Part shown: piece by piece, positions 9,634 through 17,602 of the stretch
Layout of the letters: each line of letters opens with the position of its first letter
How positions within the stretch are numbered: the first letter of the stretch is position 1
Assembly (NCBI GenBank): GCA_963756745.1
Contig: CAVWOU010000001.1
Location: 151,531-215,530, forward strand
DNA length: 64,000 nucleotides
Source: an uncultured Thermoleophilia bacterium
GTDB taxonomy: Bacteria; Actinomycetota; Thermoleophilia; Solirubrobacterales; 70-9
Direction: 5' to 3'
Position numbers and translations under genes: made by a program
The notes under the pieces: generated by a model
The model's database searches: none
What the model was told of the DNA's origin: nothing
Seen by the model: only the letters and a program-made list of their open reading frames with translations

Positions 9634-9676
9634 GGGCCGGGGTGATGAGGTGGGAGGAACCTCACCACCCCGGCCC
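9634..9676 (-). promoter_or_regulatory. 17-bp hairpin in the mraZ 5' UTR
   Basis: Minus-strand RNA GGGCCGGGGUGGUGAGG-UUCCUCCCA-CCUCAUCACCCCGGCCC. The single non-Watson-Crick position is a G-U pair on the mraZ sense strand but an A-C mismatch on the other strand. Confidence 0.45.
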
Positions 9677-9694
9677 TGGTGATGGAAACCGCGT

Positions 9695-9726
9695 GCCACG
9701 CTAACCCACAACGCCCCACTTTTCAA
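9695..9726 (-). promoter_or_regulatory. Candidate dcw promoter overlapped by three MraZ-box direct repeats
   Basis: Minus strand TTGAAA-17nt-TAGCGT. GTGGG (9719-9715), GTGGG (9709-9705) and GTGGC (9699-9695) recur with exact 10-nt periodicity, as described for MraZ operators. Confidence 0.55.
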
Positions 9727-9933
9727 CACGATCCCGATCGCGCGATTCCAGCCGATCCGTCGGACGGAATTGCTACCGGTTACCCGGAGGGCCGGAATCC
9801 CGCTTCGTAGAGCCGATTCCGTGTCTTGCGACGTGGTCGTTGAGTGGCTGGTAGGGCTCGTCAGCCTGCAATCTGGGTTGCAGGAAGCTGCCCTTAGGCG
9901 GCGCTGCGCCCGACCCCGACCGCGCGCTGTCGC

Positions 9934-10776
9934 TCAGAACCCGCCGAGCAGCACGTCCGAGTTCGCGATCAGCGCGGCGGCGATCATCAGGAGAACGGAC
10001 GGAACCAGCACGAGCGCGACGACGAGCTGGATCTTCGGCGCGGCGCGGGCGGCGTCCTCCTCGATCCGGCGGCGCTGATCGAGCCTGAGCGCGGTGGCCT
10101 GCTGGCGGAGTTGGTCAGCGAGCGGCGAGCCGTACCGACTCGAGCGCTCGAGCGCGGCTGCCAGCGACGCGATCTCGCCGCCGGGTATCCGCTCGCGCAG
10201 ACCGTCGAGCGCGGCGAGTTGGGATGCGCCGCACTCGATCTCGGCCGCGGCGACCGCGAGCTCGCTGGCCAGCGGTCCGGTCGTGCCCTCCGCGATTTCC
10301 CCCAGCACGGCGCCGGGCCCGCGACCGGCCTCCGCGGCGACCGCGAGCAGGTCAAGCGCGTCCGGAAGCGCGAGGACGAGCCGATCGCGGCGCCGGCGCG
10401 ACTCGCGCTCGAGCAGGGCATCGGGAAGAAGGAATCCCGCCGCGGGCAACGCGATCGCGACGAGCAACGACAGCCGCCCGGGCGCGGCGGGCGCGGCGAT
10501 CGCCGCGAGGCCGGCGCCGAGCACCGCGCACCCCGCCTTCGCGGCGAGCACGGCCGGAACGCTGACGCGGTCGGAAAGCCCCGCGCGCAGGAGGCGGCGG
10601 GGGATTCCGAGCGGGAGCGCGGTTTCCGCGATCGTGCGGACCCGTCCCCCGCTTATCGCGCCGAGCACGTGTCTCGACGCCGCGCGCAGCTCGTCCCCCC
10701 TGCTTCCCGCGACCTCCCATGCGGCCGCGAACCCGAGCAGCACAGCGGCGCCCGCGAGCGCCGCCGCCGCACTCAT
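9934..10776 (-). CDS. tadC: Tad/Flp pilus inner-membrane platform protein (T2SSF domain)
   Basis: 280 aa. N-terminal TM, cytoplasmic T2SSF-like core, C-terminal helices (KIQLVVALVLVPSVLLMIAAALIA). Second T2SSF gene after cpaF. Confidence 0.8.
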   Translation of the reverse strand: MSAAAALAGAAVLLGFAAAWEVAGSRGDELRAASRHVLGAISGGRVRTIAETALPLGIPRRLLRAGLSDRVSVPAVLAAKAGCAVLGAGLAAIAAPAAPGRLSLLVAIALPAAGFLLPDALLERESRRRRDRLVLALPDALDLLAVAAEAGRGPGAVLGEIAEGTTGPLASELAVAAAEIECGASQLAALDGLRERIPGGEIASLAAALERSSRYGSPLADQLRQQATALRLDQRRRIEEDAARAAPKIQLVVALVLVPSVLLMIAAALIANSDVLLGGF

Positions 10777-10788
10777 CCCATCACCTCA

Positions 10789-10854
10789 GTTCGCGCTCGG
10801 CCCACCATCAAATTCCCCGCCCGGGCGGGATCTTGGAATCCGCCTCGCGCTCAC
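10789..10854 (-). repeat. Copy 2 of the ~66-nt intercistronic element (tadB-tadC junction)
   Basis: gttcgcgctcggcccaccatcaaattccccgcccgggcgggatcttggaatccgcctcgcgctcac. The tadB stop codon (10851-10853) lies inside its first bases. GAGGTGA and the tadC ATG follow it. Confidence 0.85.
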
Positions 10855-11723
10855 ACGCCTTCCGGCCCGATCCGGCTCAGCTGCCGGATCGCGGCGAAGC
10901 CGACGAGCTGCAGCGCGGCGGCGAGCGCCAGCAGCACGCTCGCCGCGGTGTCGGACAGCAGCCTGGCGACGAACCCCGGCTCGACGAGCTCGGCGAACAG
11001 CGCCGCACCGGTCGGCATCGCCACCACGAGCAGGCCCGTGAACCTCGCCTGCGCGGTCGCCGAGCGCGCGTCGGCCGCCACCCGGTCGCGCTCCGCGGCC
11101 GCCGCGGCATAGCGCCGCAACAGTCCCGCGAGATCGCCGCCGCCGAGCTGCTGAGAGAGCAGCGCCGCCGCGAACGAGTCCACGCGCGGCGACTTGAGCC
11201 TGCGCTGGAGCGCCGAGAGCGCCTCGGCGGTGGAGCTGCCCAGCTCCAGGTCCGCCCGCACGCGTGCCGTCTCCACTCCCGGCGGGCCGTCGAGCGTGCC
11301 CGCGGCGGCGGCGAGCGCGGCGCGAACGGAGCGCCCGCCCGATAGCGCGTCGGCGACCGCCGTCGCGAGAGCCGGAAGGCCTCGTTCGACCCTGCGCCGG
11401 TACCGGGCGCGCCGCGTCGCCAGCGCCCACGCGGCGGCGGCGGGTCCCGCGAGCGCCAGAGCCGACGCGGGACCAGGGCCGGCGACCAGCAGCGCGATGG
11501 CGAAGAACCCACCCGTCCCGACCACCCCGAGGCGCCGGCGCTCGGCCTCGGTGGGGACGTACCCCTCCCTGCCGGCGCGCAGCAATGGGTCGACGGCGGC
11601 CGCTAGCCAGCGCGCGACCGAGGGCATCGCCAGCACCGCCTCGCGCGCCGCCACCGCCGCCATCCCGCCGGCCAGTGCGGCGAGCACCACCGGCAGGATC
11701 CCGGGCTCGGCGCCCGGCGTCAC
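10851..11723 (-). CDS. tadB: Tad/Flp pilus inner-membrane platform protein (T2SSF domain)
   Basis: ORF 10851..11780 trimmed to GTG 11723, 2 nt after the cpaF stop. TM helices at both ends with a T2SSF-like central region. Confidence 0.8.
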   Translation of the reverse strand: MTPGAEPGILPVVLAALAGGMAAVAAREAVLAMPSVARWLAAAVDPLLRAGREGYVPTEAERRRLGVVGTGGFFAIALLVAGPGPASALALAGPAAAAWALATRRARYRRRVERGLPALATAVADALSGGRSVRAALAAAAGTLDGPPGVETARVRADLELGSSTAEALSALQRRLKSPRVDSFAAALLSQQLGGGDLAGLLRRYAAAAAERDRVAADARSATAQARFTGLLVVAMPTGAALFAELVEPGFVARLLSDTAASVLLALAAALQLVGFAAIRQLSRIGPEGV

Positions 11724-11725
11724 CG

Positions 11726-12901
11726 CTACCCGGCGGTCGCGGCGGGCGCACTGTCGATCGCGCCCGGGCCGCGCCGCCACACCCCGCGCACCCCGACCCC
11801 GCCGGCGATCTTGACGACCTCGGCTATCTCCACCACCTTCCGCGAGCCGTCGCCGCCGCGCGCGAGGTGCACGACGATGTCGATTCCCCGCGCGACCTGC
11901 TCGCGGATCGCGTCGTGCGGCAGCCCCACCCCGGCCATCAGCGCGAGCGTCTCGAGCCTTCGCAGCGAGTCCTCCGGGGAGCTGGCGTGCACTGTGGAGA
12001 GCGCGCCGTCGTGGCCGGTGTTCAGCGCGGTGAGCAGATCGAGCGCCTCGGCGCCCCGCACCTCGCCGATCACGATGCGGTCGGGACGCATCCGCAGCGC
12101 ATTGCGCAGCAGGTCGCGGATCGTCACCTCGCCGCGCCCCTCGACGCTTGCGGGGCGCGTCTCGAGGCGGACGACGTGGGGCTGGCGCAGCGCGAGCTCG
12201 GCCGCGTCCTCGATCGTGATCACCCGCTCCTCGGAGTCGAGGTACCCCGACAGGGCGTTGAGCAGGGTCGTCTTGCCCGACCCCGTGCCCCCGCTGATCA
12301 GAATGCTGCGCCGCGCGCGCACCGCCGCGGCGAGCAGGTCGCGCGCCTCCGCCGTGAGGCTGCCCGAGGCGACGAGCTCCTGCGGGCCGGGACGCGCGGC
12401 GGCGAAGCGCCTGATCGACAGCGACGCGCCGCTCACCGCGAGCGGCGGGATCACGACGTTGACCCGCGAGCCGTCGTCGAGGCGGGCGTCCGCCATCGGG
12501 CTGAGCTCGTCGATCCGCCGCCCGAGCGGGGTAAGTATTCGCTCGATCGCGTCGCGCAGCGCGCGCTCGGACGCGAAGCGGACCTCGGTGCGCTCGATCC
12601 TTCCCCTCCGCTCTACGTAGACCTCTTCGGGGCCGTTTACCATCACCTCCTCGACCATCGGGTCGGCCATCAACTCCTCGAGCGGGCCGAGACCGACGGT
12701 GTCGCGGAGGATCAACTCGACGATCCGCTCCCTCGTCGGCGCGGACAGGATCGCCGCCTCGCGCGCCACGAGGCCCTCGACCGCGACGGGCAGCTCGTCG
12801 AGATCCAAGCGACCTGCCGCCGCCTGCGCGCGGCGTCTCTCTATCAGCCGCCGGCGAAGCTGCGTGGCCAGGGCCTCGGCGTGGTCATCGTGGGAAGCCA
12901 C
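11726..12901 (-). CDS. cpaF: Tad/Flp pilus assembly ATPase CpaF/TadA
   Basis: GLGPLEELMADPMVEEVMVNG. Walker A ISGGTGSGKTT, Walker B RIVIGEVRG, His box TGHDGALSTVHA. Start set to GTG 12901; the 285 upstream codons of ORF 11726..13759 are antisense to the SDR gene. Confidence 0.9.
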   Translation of the reverse strand: MASHDDHAEALATQLRRRLIERRRAQAAAGRLDLDELPVAVEGLVAREAAILSAPTRERIVELILRDTVGLGPLEELMADPMVEEVMVNGPEEVYVERRGRIERTEVRFASERALRDAIERILTPLGRRIDELSPMADARLDDGSRVNVVIPPLAVSGASLSIRRFAAARPGPQELVASGSLTAEARDLLAAAVRARRSILISGGTGSGKTTLLNALSGYLDSEERVITIEDAAELALRQPHVVRLETRPASVEGRGEVTIRDLLRNALRMRPDRIVIGEVRGAEALDLLTALNTGHDGALSTVHASSPEDSLRRLETLALMAGVGLPHDAIREQVARGIDIVVHLARGGDGSRKVVEIAEVVKIAGGVGVRGVWRRGPGAIDSAPAATAG

Positions 12902-12945
12902 ACTGAGATGAGCGCCGGGAGGTCGAGGCTCTCCCCCCAACCACT

Positions 12946-12971
12946 CGCGCGATCTGCGAGCAGATCGCGCG
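12946..12971 (-). terminator. Perfect 12-bp inverted repeat with 2-nt centre, downstream of the SDR gene and upstream of cpaF
   Basis: cgcgcgatctgc-ga-gcagatcgcgcg. No U-tract. Could be an I-shaped terminator or an operator for the tad genes. Confidence 0.45.
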
Positions 12972-12984
12972 GTCTCGTGAGGGC

Positions 12985-13935
12985 TCACCCGAGACTGTTT
13001 CTGAACCCCTCGCGCCAGCTTGGGTGGGCGGGTTGCCAGCCGAGCTCGCGCCTCGCCTTCGCGTTCGAGGCGCCGCGGATCTCTGTCATCAGGGCTACCG
13101 CGATCGGGCCTCCAACCAGCCGGCCCACCCAGACGGGAAGGCGTCGCGGCGGCGGTGCCCCGATCGCGTCGGCGAGCGCCGGGAGCCACTCCGACACCGG
13201 CGCGGGATCGTCGTCGACGATGTTGTAAATCCCCGGCGCGCCACCCTCGACCGCCACCAGTGTGGCGGTGGCGGCGTCGTCGATGTGCACGAATGACCAC
13301 ACGCCCGTCCCCCCGTCGAGGATCGGGAAGCGCCGCTTGCGGATCGTCTCCGGGAGCGTGTCGTTTGAGTCCCGGGCGAGCGAGGTCCCGGGGCCGTAGA
13401 AGCCCCCGTAGCGCAGTACCACTCCTTCCAGCCCCTCGGCACCCGTGACCGAGCTCTCGAGGTAACGGATCGCCGCGATCGTGGCGAGCCCGCCGATCGG
13501 AGGGCGCGTGTCGAGCGGATCGTCCTCGGTCTTCACCGGACCGCCCTCGCGCGCGTACGGCCACCCGGCGAAGCTCTGGGCGACGAACCGGCGGGCACCG
13601 GCCTCGATCGCGCCGGCGAGCAGGTTGTCCGTGCCGTCGGTCCGAAGCCGGTTGGTGAGCACGAACTCGCGGTCGAACTTCCGCGGATTGCCGCTCAGAC
13701 CGGTCAGCGCGGTGAGCTGATGGACCACGACCTCGGGCGCGGCGTGCCGAACGGCGCATACGACGGCGTCACGATCGAGCGCGTCGCCCACAACCGGCTC
13801 GGCGCCGGACCGCTTGATCGCGTCCGCTTTCTCCGGCGTGCGCGTCAACGCGGTGATTGAGTGGCCCGCCTCGACCAGCTTCGGCACCAGCCGCGCGCCG
13901 ATCGCCCCGCTTCCCCCGGCGACGAAGACTCTCAT
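12985..13935 (-). CDS. NAD(P)-dependent epimerase/dehydratase-type SDR
   Basis: MRVFVAGGSGAIGARLVPKLVEAGH (GxxGxxG Rossmann fold). 316 aa. AAAGGAG RBS. Confidence 0.85.
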   Translation of the reverse strand: MRVFVAGGSGAIGARLVPKLVEAGHSITALTRTPEKADAIKRSGAEPVVGDALDRDAVVCAVRHAAPEVVVHQLTALTGLSGNPRKFDREFVLTNRLRTDGTDNLLAGAIEAGARRFVAQSFAGWPYAREGGPVKTEDDPLDTRPPIGGLATIAAIRYLESSVTGAEGLEGVVLRYGGFYGPGTSLARDSNDTLPETIRKRRFPILDGGTGVWSFVHIDDAATATLVAVEGGAPGIYNIVDDDPAPVSEWLPALADAIGAPPPRRLPVWVGRLVGGPIAVALMTEIRGASNAKARRELGWQPAHPSWREGFRNSLG

Positions 13936-13957
13936 CTGAAGCTCCTTTCAACAATCA

Positions 13958-13975
13958 ACCTACCAACCGGTAGGT
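13958..13975. promoter_or_regulatory. Candidate TetR operator in the divergent SDR/TetR spacer
   Basis: ACCTACC-aacc-GGTAGGT, 7-bp arms, within the 48-nt spacer between two divergent starts. Confidence 0.4.
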
Positions 13976-13983
13976 AAGTTATC

Positions 13984-14625
13984 ATGTGCGCCATGCAGGC
14001 AGCGGTCGCGACGAGTCGGATCAAGGGGCCGGAGCGGCGCAAGCGGATCCTCGAAGCCGCCGCCGAGGGGTTCGCCGCCCGCGGCTACCACGCGACATCA
14101 GTCGGACAGATCGCCGAGGCGGCCGGGATCACTAAGCCGGTCATCTACGACCACTTCCCCTCCAAGCGGGACCTGTTCGTCGCGCTGCTCGAGCAAGCCC
14201 GGGAGGAGCTACTCGCGCTCGGCGTCGAGGCGATGCGCGCCGACGCGCCGCCGGAGGAGCGCGTGCGGAGCGCCGTCGACGCATTCTTCTCCTATGTCAG
14301 TGCGCACCCCGCCACCGCGCGCGTCCTGTTCACGCCGCCGGTCGGCGAGCCCGACCTGCTCGCCGAGTCACAGCGCGTCCAAGCCGACGCGACGGCGGGG
14401 ATCGCCGCGCTGCTCGCGGCTGAGCCCGGGCTGTTCGCGGGGGCGCGCGACCGGCGGCGACGCGTCGAGATGCTGAGCGAGTTCTTCAAGCAGGGGATGC
14501 ACGGCCTCGCGATCTGGTCGATGGATCATCCCGGTGTCCCCCGCCGTGCACTCGTTGAGACGGCGATGGCCCTGGTTTGGGTCGGGCTGCGGGCGCAGCT
14601 CTCGCCGGCGGACCCGGACTCCTAG
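13984..14625 (+). CDS. TetR/AcrR-family transcriptional regulator
   Basis: N-terminal HTH RRKRILEAAAEGFAARGYHATSVGQIAEAAGITKPVIYDHFPSKRDLF. Confidence 0.9.
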   Translation: MCAMQAAVATSRIKGPERRKRILEAAAEGFAARGYHATSVGQIAEAAGITKPVIYDHFPSKRDLFVALLEQAREELLALGVEAMRADAPPEERVRSAVDAFFSYVSAHPATARVLFTPPVGEPDLLAESQRVQADATAGIAALLAAEPGLFAGARDRRRRVEMLSEFFKQGMHGLAIWSMDHPGVPRRALVETAMALVWVGLRAQLSPADPDS

Positions 14626-14634
14626 GATTTACGC

Positions 14635-15612
14635 ATGGTCGACCTGGTCGCCACGACGGGGGACTCGGTGGTGCGCCTGGCCGCTGGAGATGGATGGTCC
14701 GTGAAGACGCTTCTGGAGGACGGTGGCGCGCAGTGCGTCGCCACCGACCCGCGCGTGCCGGCGCGCGTGTACGCCGGCTCGCGCGGACGTGGCGTATGGC
14801 GCAGCTCGGACGGCGGCGATCAGTGGGAGGACGCCGGGCTGCCGGCCGACGACGTGTTCTCTATCGCGGTCAGCCCGGCAGACGGCGCCGTGTACGCCGG
14901 CTGCGAGCCGAGCATGCTGTTCCGAAGCACCGACGGGGGAACGAGCTGGGAGGAGCTCTCCTCGCTGCGCGAGATTCCGTCGGCGCCGAACTGGAGCTTC
15001 CCCCCGCGGCCGTGGACGTCGCACGTCCGCTGGATCGCGCCGAGCCCGCACGACGCCGCCCGCCTGCTCGTCGGAATCGAGCTCGGCGGCGTGATGCTGA
15101 GCGAGGACGGCGGCTCGACGTGGAAGGACCATCGCCCGGGCGCACAGCCCGACTGCCACGCCCTCGCGTGGCATCCCGAGGCGGAGGGCCGCGCCTACGA
15201 GGCCGCGGGAGGTGGTGCGGCATGGAGCTCCGACGCGGGCGAGACGTGGCGGGGCGCCGACGAGGGCCGCGATCGCCACTACACGTGGGCACTCGCCGTC
15301 GATCCCGACGAGCCCGAGCGGTGGTTCGTCTCCGCGAGCCCCGGGCCGATGCAGGCGCATGGGTCGCGCAGCGCCGAGGCCCATCTCTATCGCTGGGAGG
15401 GTGAGGGCCCGTGGGAGCGCCTCACCGAGGGTCTACCCGATCCGCTCGACTCGATGCCGTACGCGCTCGCGTTCGCAGGCGACTCGCTCGTCGCCGGGCT
15501 GGCTGACGGGCGAGTCTTCCTTAGTGATGACCGCGGCGCACGCTGGGCACCGATAGCGCTCGACGGCGCGGGCCTCGGGAGGATCGCGGCGCTGGCGCCG
15601 CTCCCCCGATAG
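14635..15612 (+). CDS. BNR/Asp-box repeat beta-propeller protein (Ycf48/sialidase-like fold)
   Basis: Five S-x-D-x-G-x-x-W type boxes: SSDGGDQW, STDGGTSW, SEDGGSTW, SSDAGETW, SDDRGARW. Confidence 0.75.
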   Translation: MVDLVATTGDSVVRLAAGDGWSVKTLLEDGGAQCVATDPRVPARVYAGSRGRGVWRSSDGGDQWEDAGLPADDVFSIAVSPADGAVYAGCEPSMLFRSTDGGTSWEELSSLREIPSAPNWSFPPRPWTSHVRWIAPSPHDAARLLVGIELGGVMLSEDGGSTWKDHRPGAQPDCHALAWHPEAEGRAYEAAGGGAAWSSDAGETWRGADEGRDRHYTWALAVDPDEPERWFVSASPGPMQAHGSRSAEAHLYRWEGEGPWERLTEGLPDPLDSMPYALAFAGDSLVAGLADGRVFLSDDRGARWAPIALDGAGLGRIAALAPLPR

Positions 15613-15626
15613 GTAGGGTCTAGGTC

Positions 15627-15690
15627 GTGAGCATGAGGCTCTACCAGGGTGTGGGCGGGCGGGGAAGTTGATGCTGGGCCGAGCGCGAAC
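15627..15690 (+). repeat. Copy 3 (diverged) of the ~66-nt element, upstream of the macro-domain gene
   Basis: gtgagcatgaggctctaccagggtgtgggcgggcggggaagttgatgctgggccgagcgcgaac. The 3' 33 nt match copies 1 and 2 closely. The 5' half has diverged and the palindrome is lost. Confidence 0.7.
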
Positions 15691-15696
15691 GTATTG

Positions 15697-16203
15697 ATGT
15701 CCGAGATCGAGGTTCGCCAGGCGGACATCACCAAGCTCGAGGTCGACGCGATCGCCAACGCCGCGAACACGCAGCTCAAGCACGGCGGCGGCGTCGCAGC
15801 GGCGATCGTTCGCGCCGGTGGCCACATCGTCCAGGAGGAAAGCGACGGCGTGGCGCCGATCGCGCTTGGTGACGCGGTCGAGACCACCGCCGGCGACATG
15901 CCCGCGAAGTGGGTGATCCACGCCGCGACAATGGAGCTCGGCGGTCCGACCTCCGCGGAGATCATTCGCAGCGCGACCGCGAGCACGCTACGCAGGGCGG
16001 ACGCGCTCGGGGCGACTTCGCTCGGCCTGGTCGCCTTCGGCACCGGCGTCGGGGGCTTCCCGCTCGACGACGCCGCGCGGATCGAGGTCGAGGAGGTCCG
16101 ACGTCACCTCGACGACGGGAGCGGGATCGAGCGCGTCGTCTTCGCGGTCTTCGGCGAGGAAGCACGGGGGGCGTTCGAGCGAGCGGTTGGCGAGTCCGAC
16201 TAG
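15697..16203 (+). CDS. Macro-domain protein (ADP-ribose binding / O-acetyl-ADP-ribose deacetylase-like)
   Basis: MSEIEVRQADITKLEVDAIANAANTQLKHGGGVAAAI. Start moved to ATG 15697 because upstream codons lie in the repeat element. Confidence 0.85.
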   Translation: MSEIEVRQADITKLEVDAIANAANTQLKHGGGVAAAIVRAGGHIVQEESDGVAPIALGDAVETTAGDMPAKWVIHAATMELGGPTSAEIIRSATASTLRRADALGATSLGLVAFGTGVGGFPLDDAARIEVEEVRRHLDDGSGIERVVFAVFGEEARGAFERAVGESD

Positions 16204-16883
16204 TCGACCCCGCCGAGCTGCGGCATCAGCCGCACCTGGCGCGCGAAGTTCTCGGCCTGGATCAGCCGGAGGGCCTCGGGCCTCGTGAGCGCGAGCGTCG
16301 CGCGCCAGTCGCCGGCCGGCGCCAGCCCCGGCTCGGAGCCGCGACTCGCCCCCTCGCGAAGCGAGAGCAGCTCGACGCCCTCGGCGGCGATCCGTGTGCG
16401 GCCCTTGGCGCCCGGCCCGGGCTCGGTCGTCACCACGACGTCGACCCGCATCCCGTCGGGCGAGTCGCCCGTGGCCGCCAGCGCCTCGGCGCCGGTGACG
16501 GCGATCTCCACCGGGCTTCGATCGCCTGCGAGGGTCGGGCGCCGCCGCCGCTGCTCCGCTCGCGGCTCCCGAAGCTGCGAGGCGACGAGGTAGGACCCGG
16601 CTGGGACCGGCGTCGCTGCCGCGCGACCGGCGGCCTCCTCCGGCGATCCGAGCGCGTCCGGCGGAACGAAGCGAACCGGGACACGGCGCACCTCCAGTCG
16701 CCCGATATCGCGGGGGCCGATCGGCTCGCCCGCGGTGAGCTCGGCGCCCGTGACTACGACGGGCCGGAGATCGCCGAACTGGCCGGCGACGCTCGACCCG
16801 TAGCCGTCCGCGATCGAAGCCGCCACGGCCGCACACGCTGCCGCGACCACTCCGAACGCGATCGCCCTCGCCCGACGACTCAT
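16200..16883 (-). CDS. cpaB: Flp pilus assembly protein CpaB/RcpC (SAF domain)
   Basis: N-terminal TM. SAF-like VVVTGAELTAGEPIGPRDI. C-terminal DGMRVDVVVTTEP...ATLALTRPEALRLIQAENFARQVRLMP. ATGA overlap with the upstream kinase stop. Confidence 0.8.
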   Translation of the reverse strand: MSRRARAIAFGVVAAACAAVAASIADGYGSSVAGQFGDLRPVVVTGAELTAGEPIGPRDIGRLEVRRVPVRFVPPDALGSPEEAAGRAAATPVPAGSYLVASQLREPRAEQRRRRPTLAGDRSPVEIAVTGAEALAATGDSPDGMRVDVVVTTEPGPGAKGRTRIAAEGVELLSLREGASRGSEPGLAPAGDWRATLALTRPEALRLIQAENFARQVRLMPQLGGVD

Positions 16884-17602
16884 CCCGCCGCGGGCAGCTC
16901 CGCGACGGCCGGACGCGCCGCGAGCGGCAGCTCGAGCGCGGCGACCGTCCTTCGCCGACCGTGACTGACCATGAACCGCCCTCCGTGCTGCGCGGCGACG
17001 CGCGCCACGACCTCGAGCCCGTGGCCGCGCCTGCCCCGAGCGCGCCGTGACGATGCGCGCACACCGGTCCCGCCGTCAACCACCTCGATCCGCACCGAGG
17101 CCACCGACACACTCCCCGCGACTCGTATCGGCGGCCCGCCGTGTTCGATCGCGTTCACGATCAGGTTGTCGAGCGCCTGCGCAAGCCGGCGAGTATCGGC
17201 GAGCACCATCGCCGATCCCGCGCGCCAGCGCAACTCGATGGGCGACCCGGAGCGCCCGGCCGCGACCCGCCAGCGGCCGAGCGCACCCTCCACCCATGTT
17301 CGGCACACGACGGGTCGCATGCGGAGCGGCGGCTCGCCGCCGTTGAGCTCGTGGTCGAGGTCGTCGAGCGCCGCGAGGGCGAGCTCGAGCTTGCCGGGAC
17401 CGTGGCCGTTCGCGGACGCGCCGTCACCCATCGCGTCGTCCGCGCCGACTGCCAGCGCCTGGAGCGGGCGCCGCAGCTCGTGAAGGGCCCGGTTCAGCGC
17501 GCCGCGCCGACGGCCGTCCCGCACCCGCTCCCGGACGAGGAATGCCGCGACCGTCAACGCAAGCGGCCACCCGGCAATAAGGGCGTGGTCGAGCTCGCTC
17601 AC
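16880..17602 (-). CDS. Small membrane histidine kinase without obvious sensor domain
   Basis: One TM (IAGWPLALTVAAFLV). H-box LHELRRPL. N/G boxes LIVNAIEHGG and GHGLEVVARVAAQHGG. GTGA overlap with the response-regulator stop. Confidence 0.8.
   Translation of the reverse strand: MSELDHALIAGWPLALTVAAFLVRERVRDGRRRGALNRALHELRRPLQALAVGADDAMGDGASANGHGPGKLELALAALDDLDHELNGGEPPLRMRPVVCRTWVEGALGRWRVAAGRSGSPIELRWRAGSAMVLADTRRLAQALDNLIVNAIEHGGPPIRVAGSVSVASVRIEVVDGGTGVRASSRRARGRRGHGLEVVARVAAQHGGRFMVSHGRRRTVAALELPLAARPAVAELPAAG

Noticed and set aside
9735-9825. Partial similarity of GCGCGATTCCAGCCGATCCG and CCGGAATCCCGCTTCG to the GGAATCCGCC part of the 66-nt element
   Set aside because: The matches cover only about 12-16 nt with gaps and could be chance in GC-rich DNA. 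They are not counted as a fourth copy.
16200-16203. Convergent macro-domain and cpaB genes sharing stop-codon bases through the palindrome CTAG
   Set aside because: This is real but trivial, a by-product of tight packing, with no functional implication I can support.
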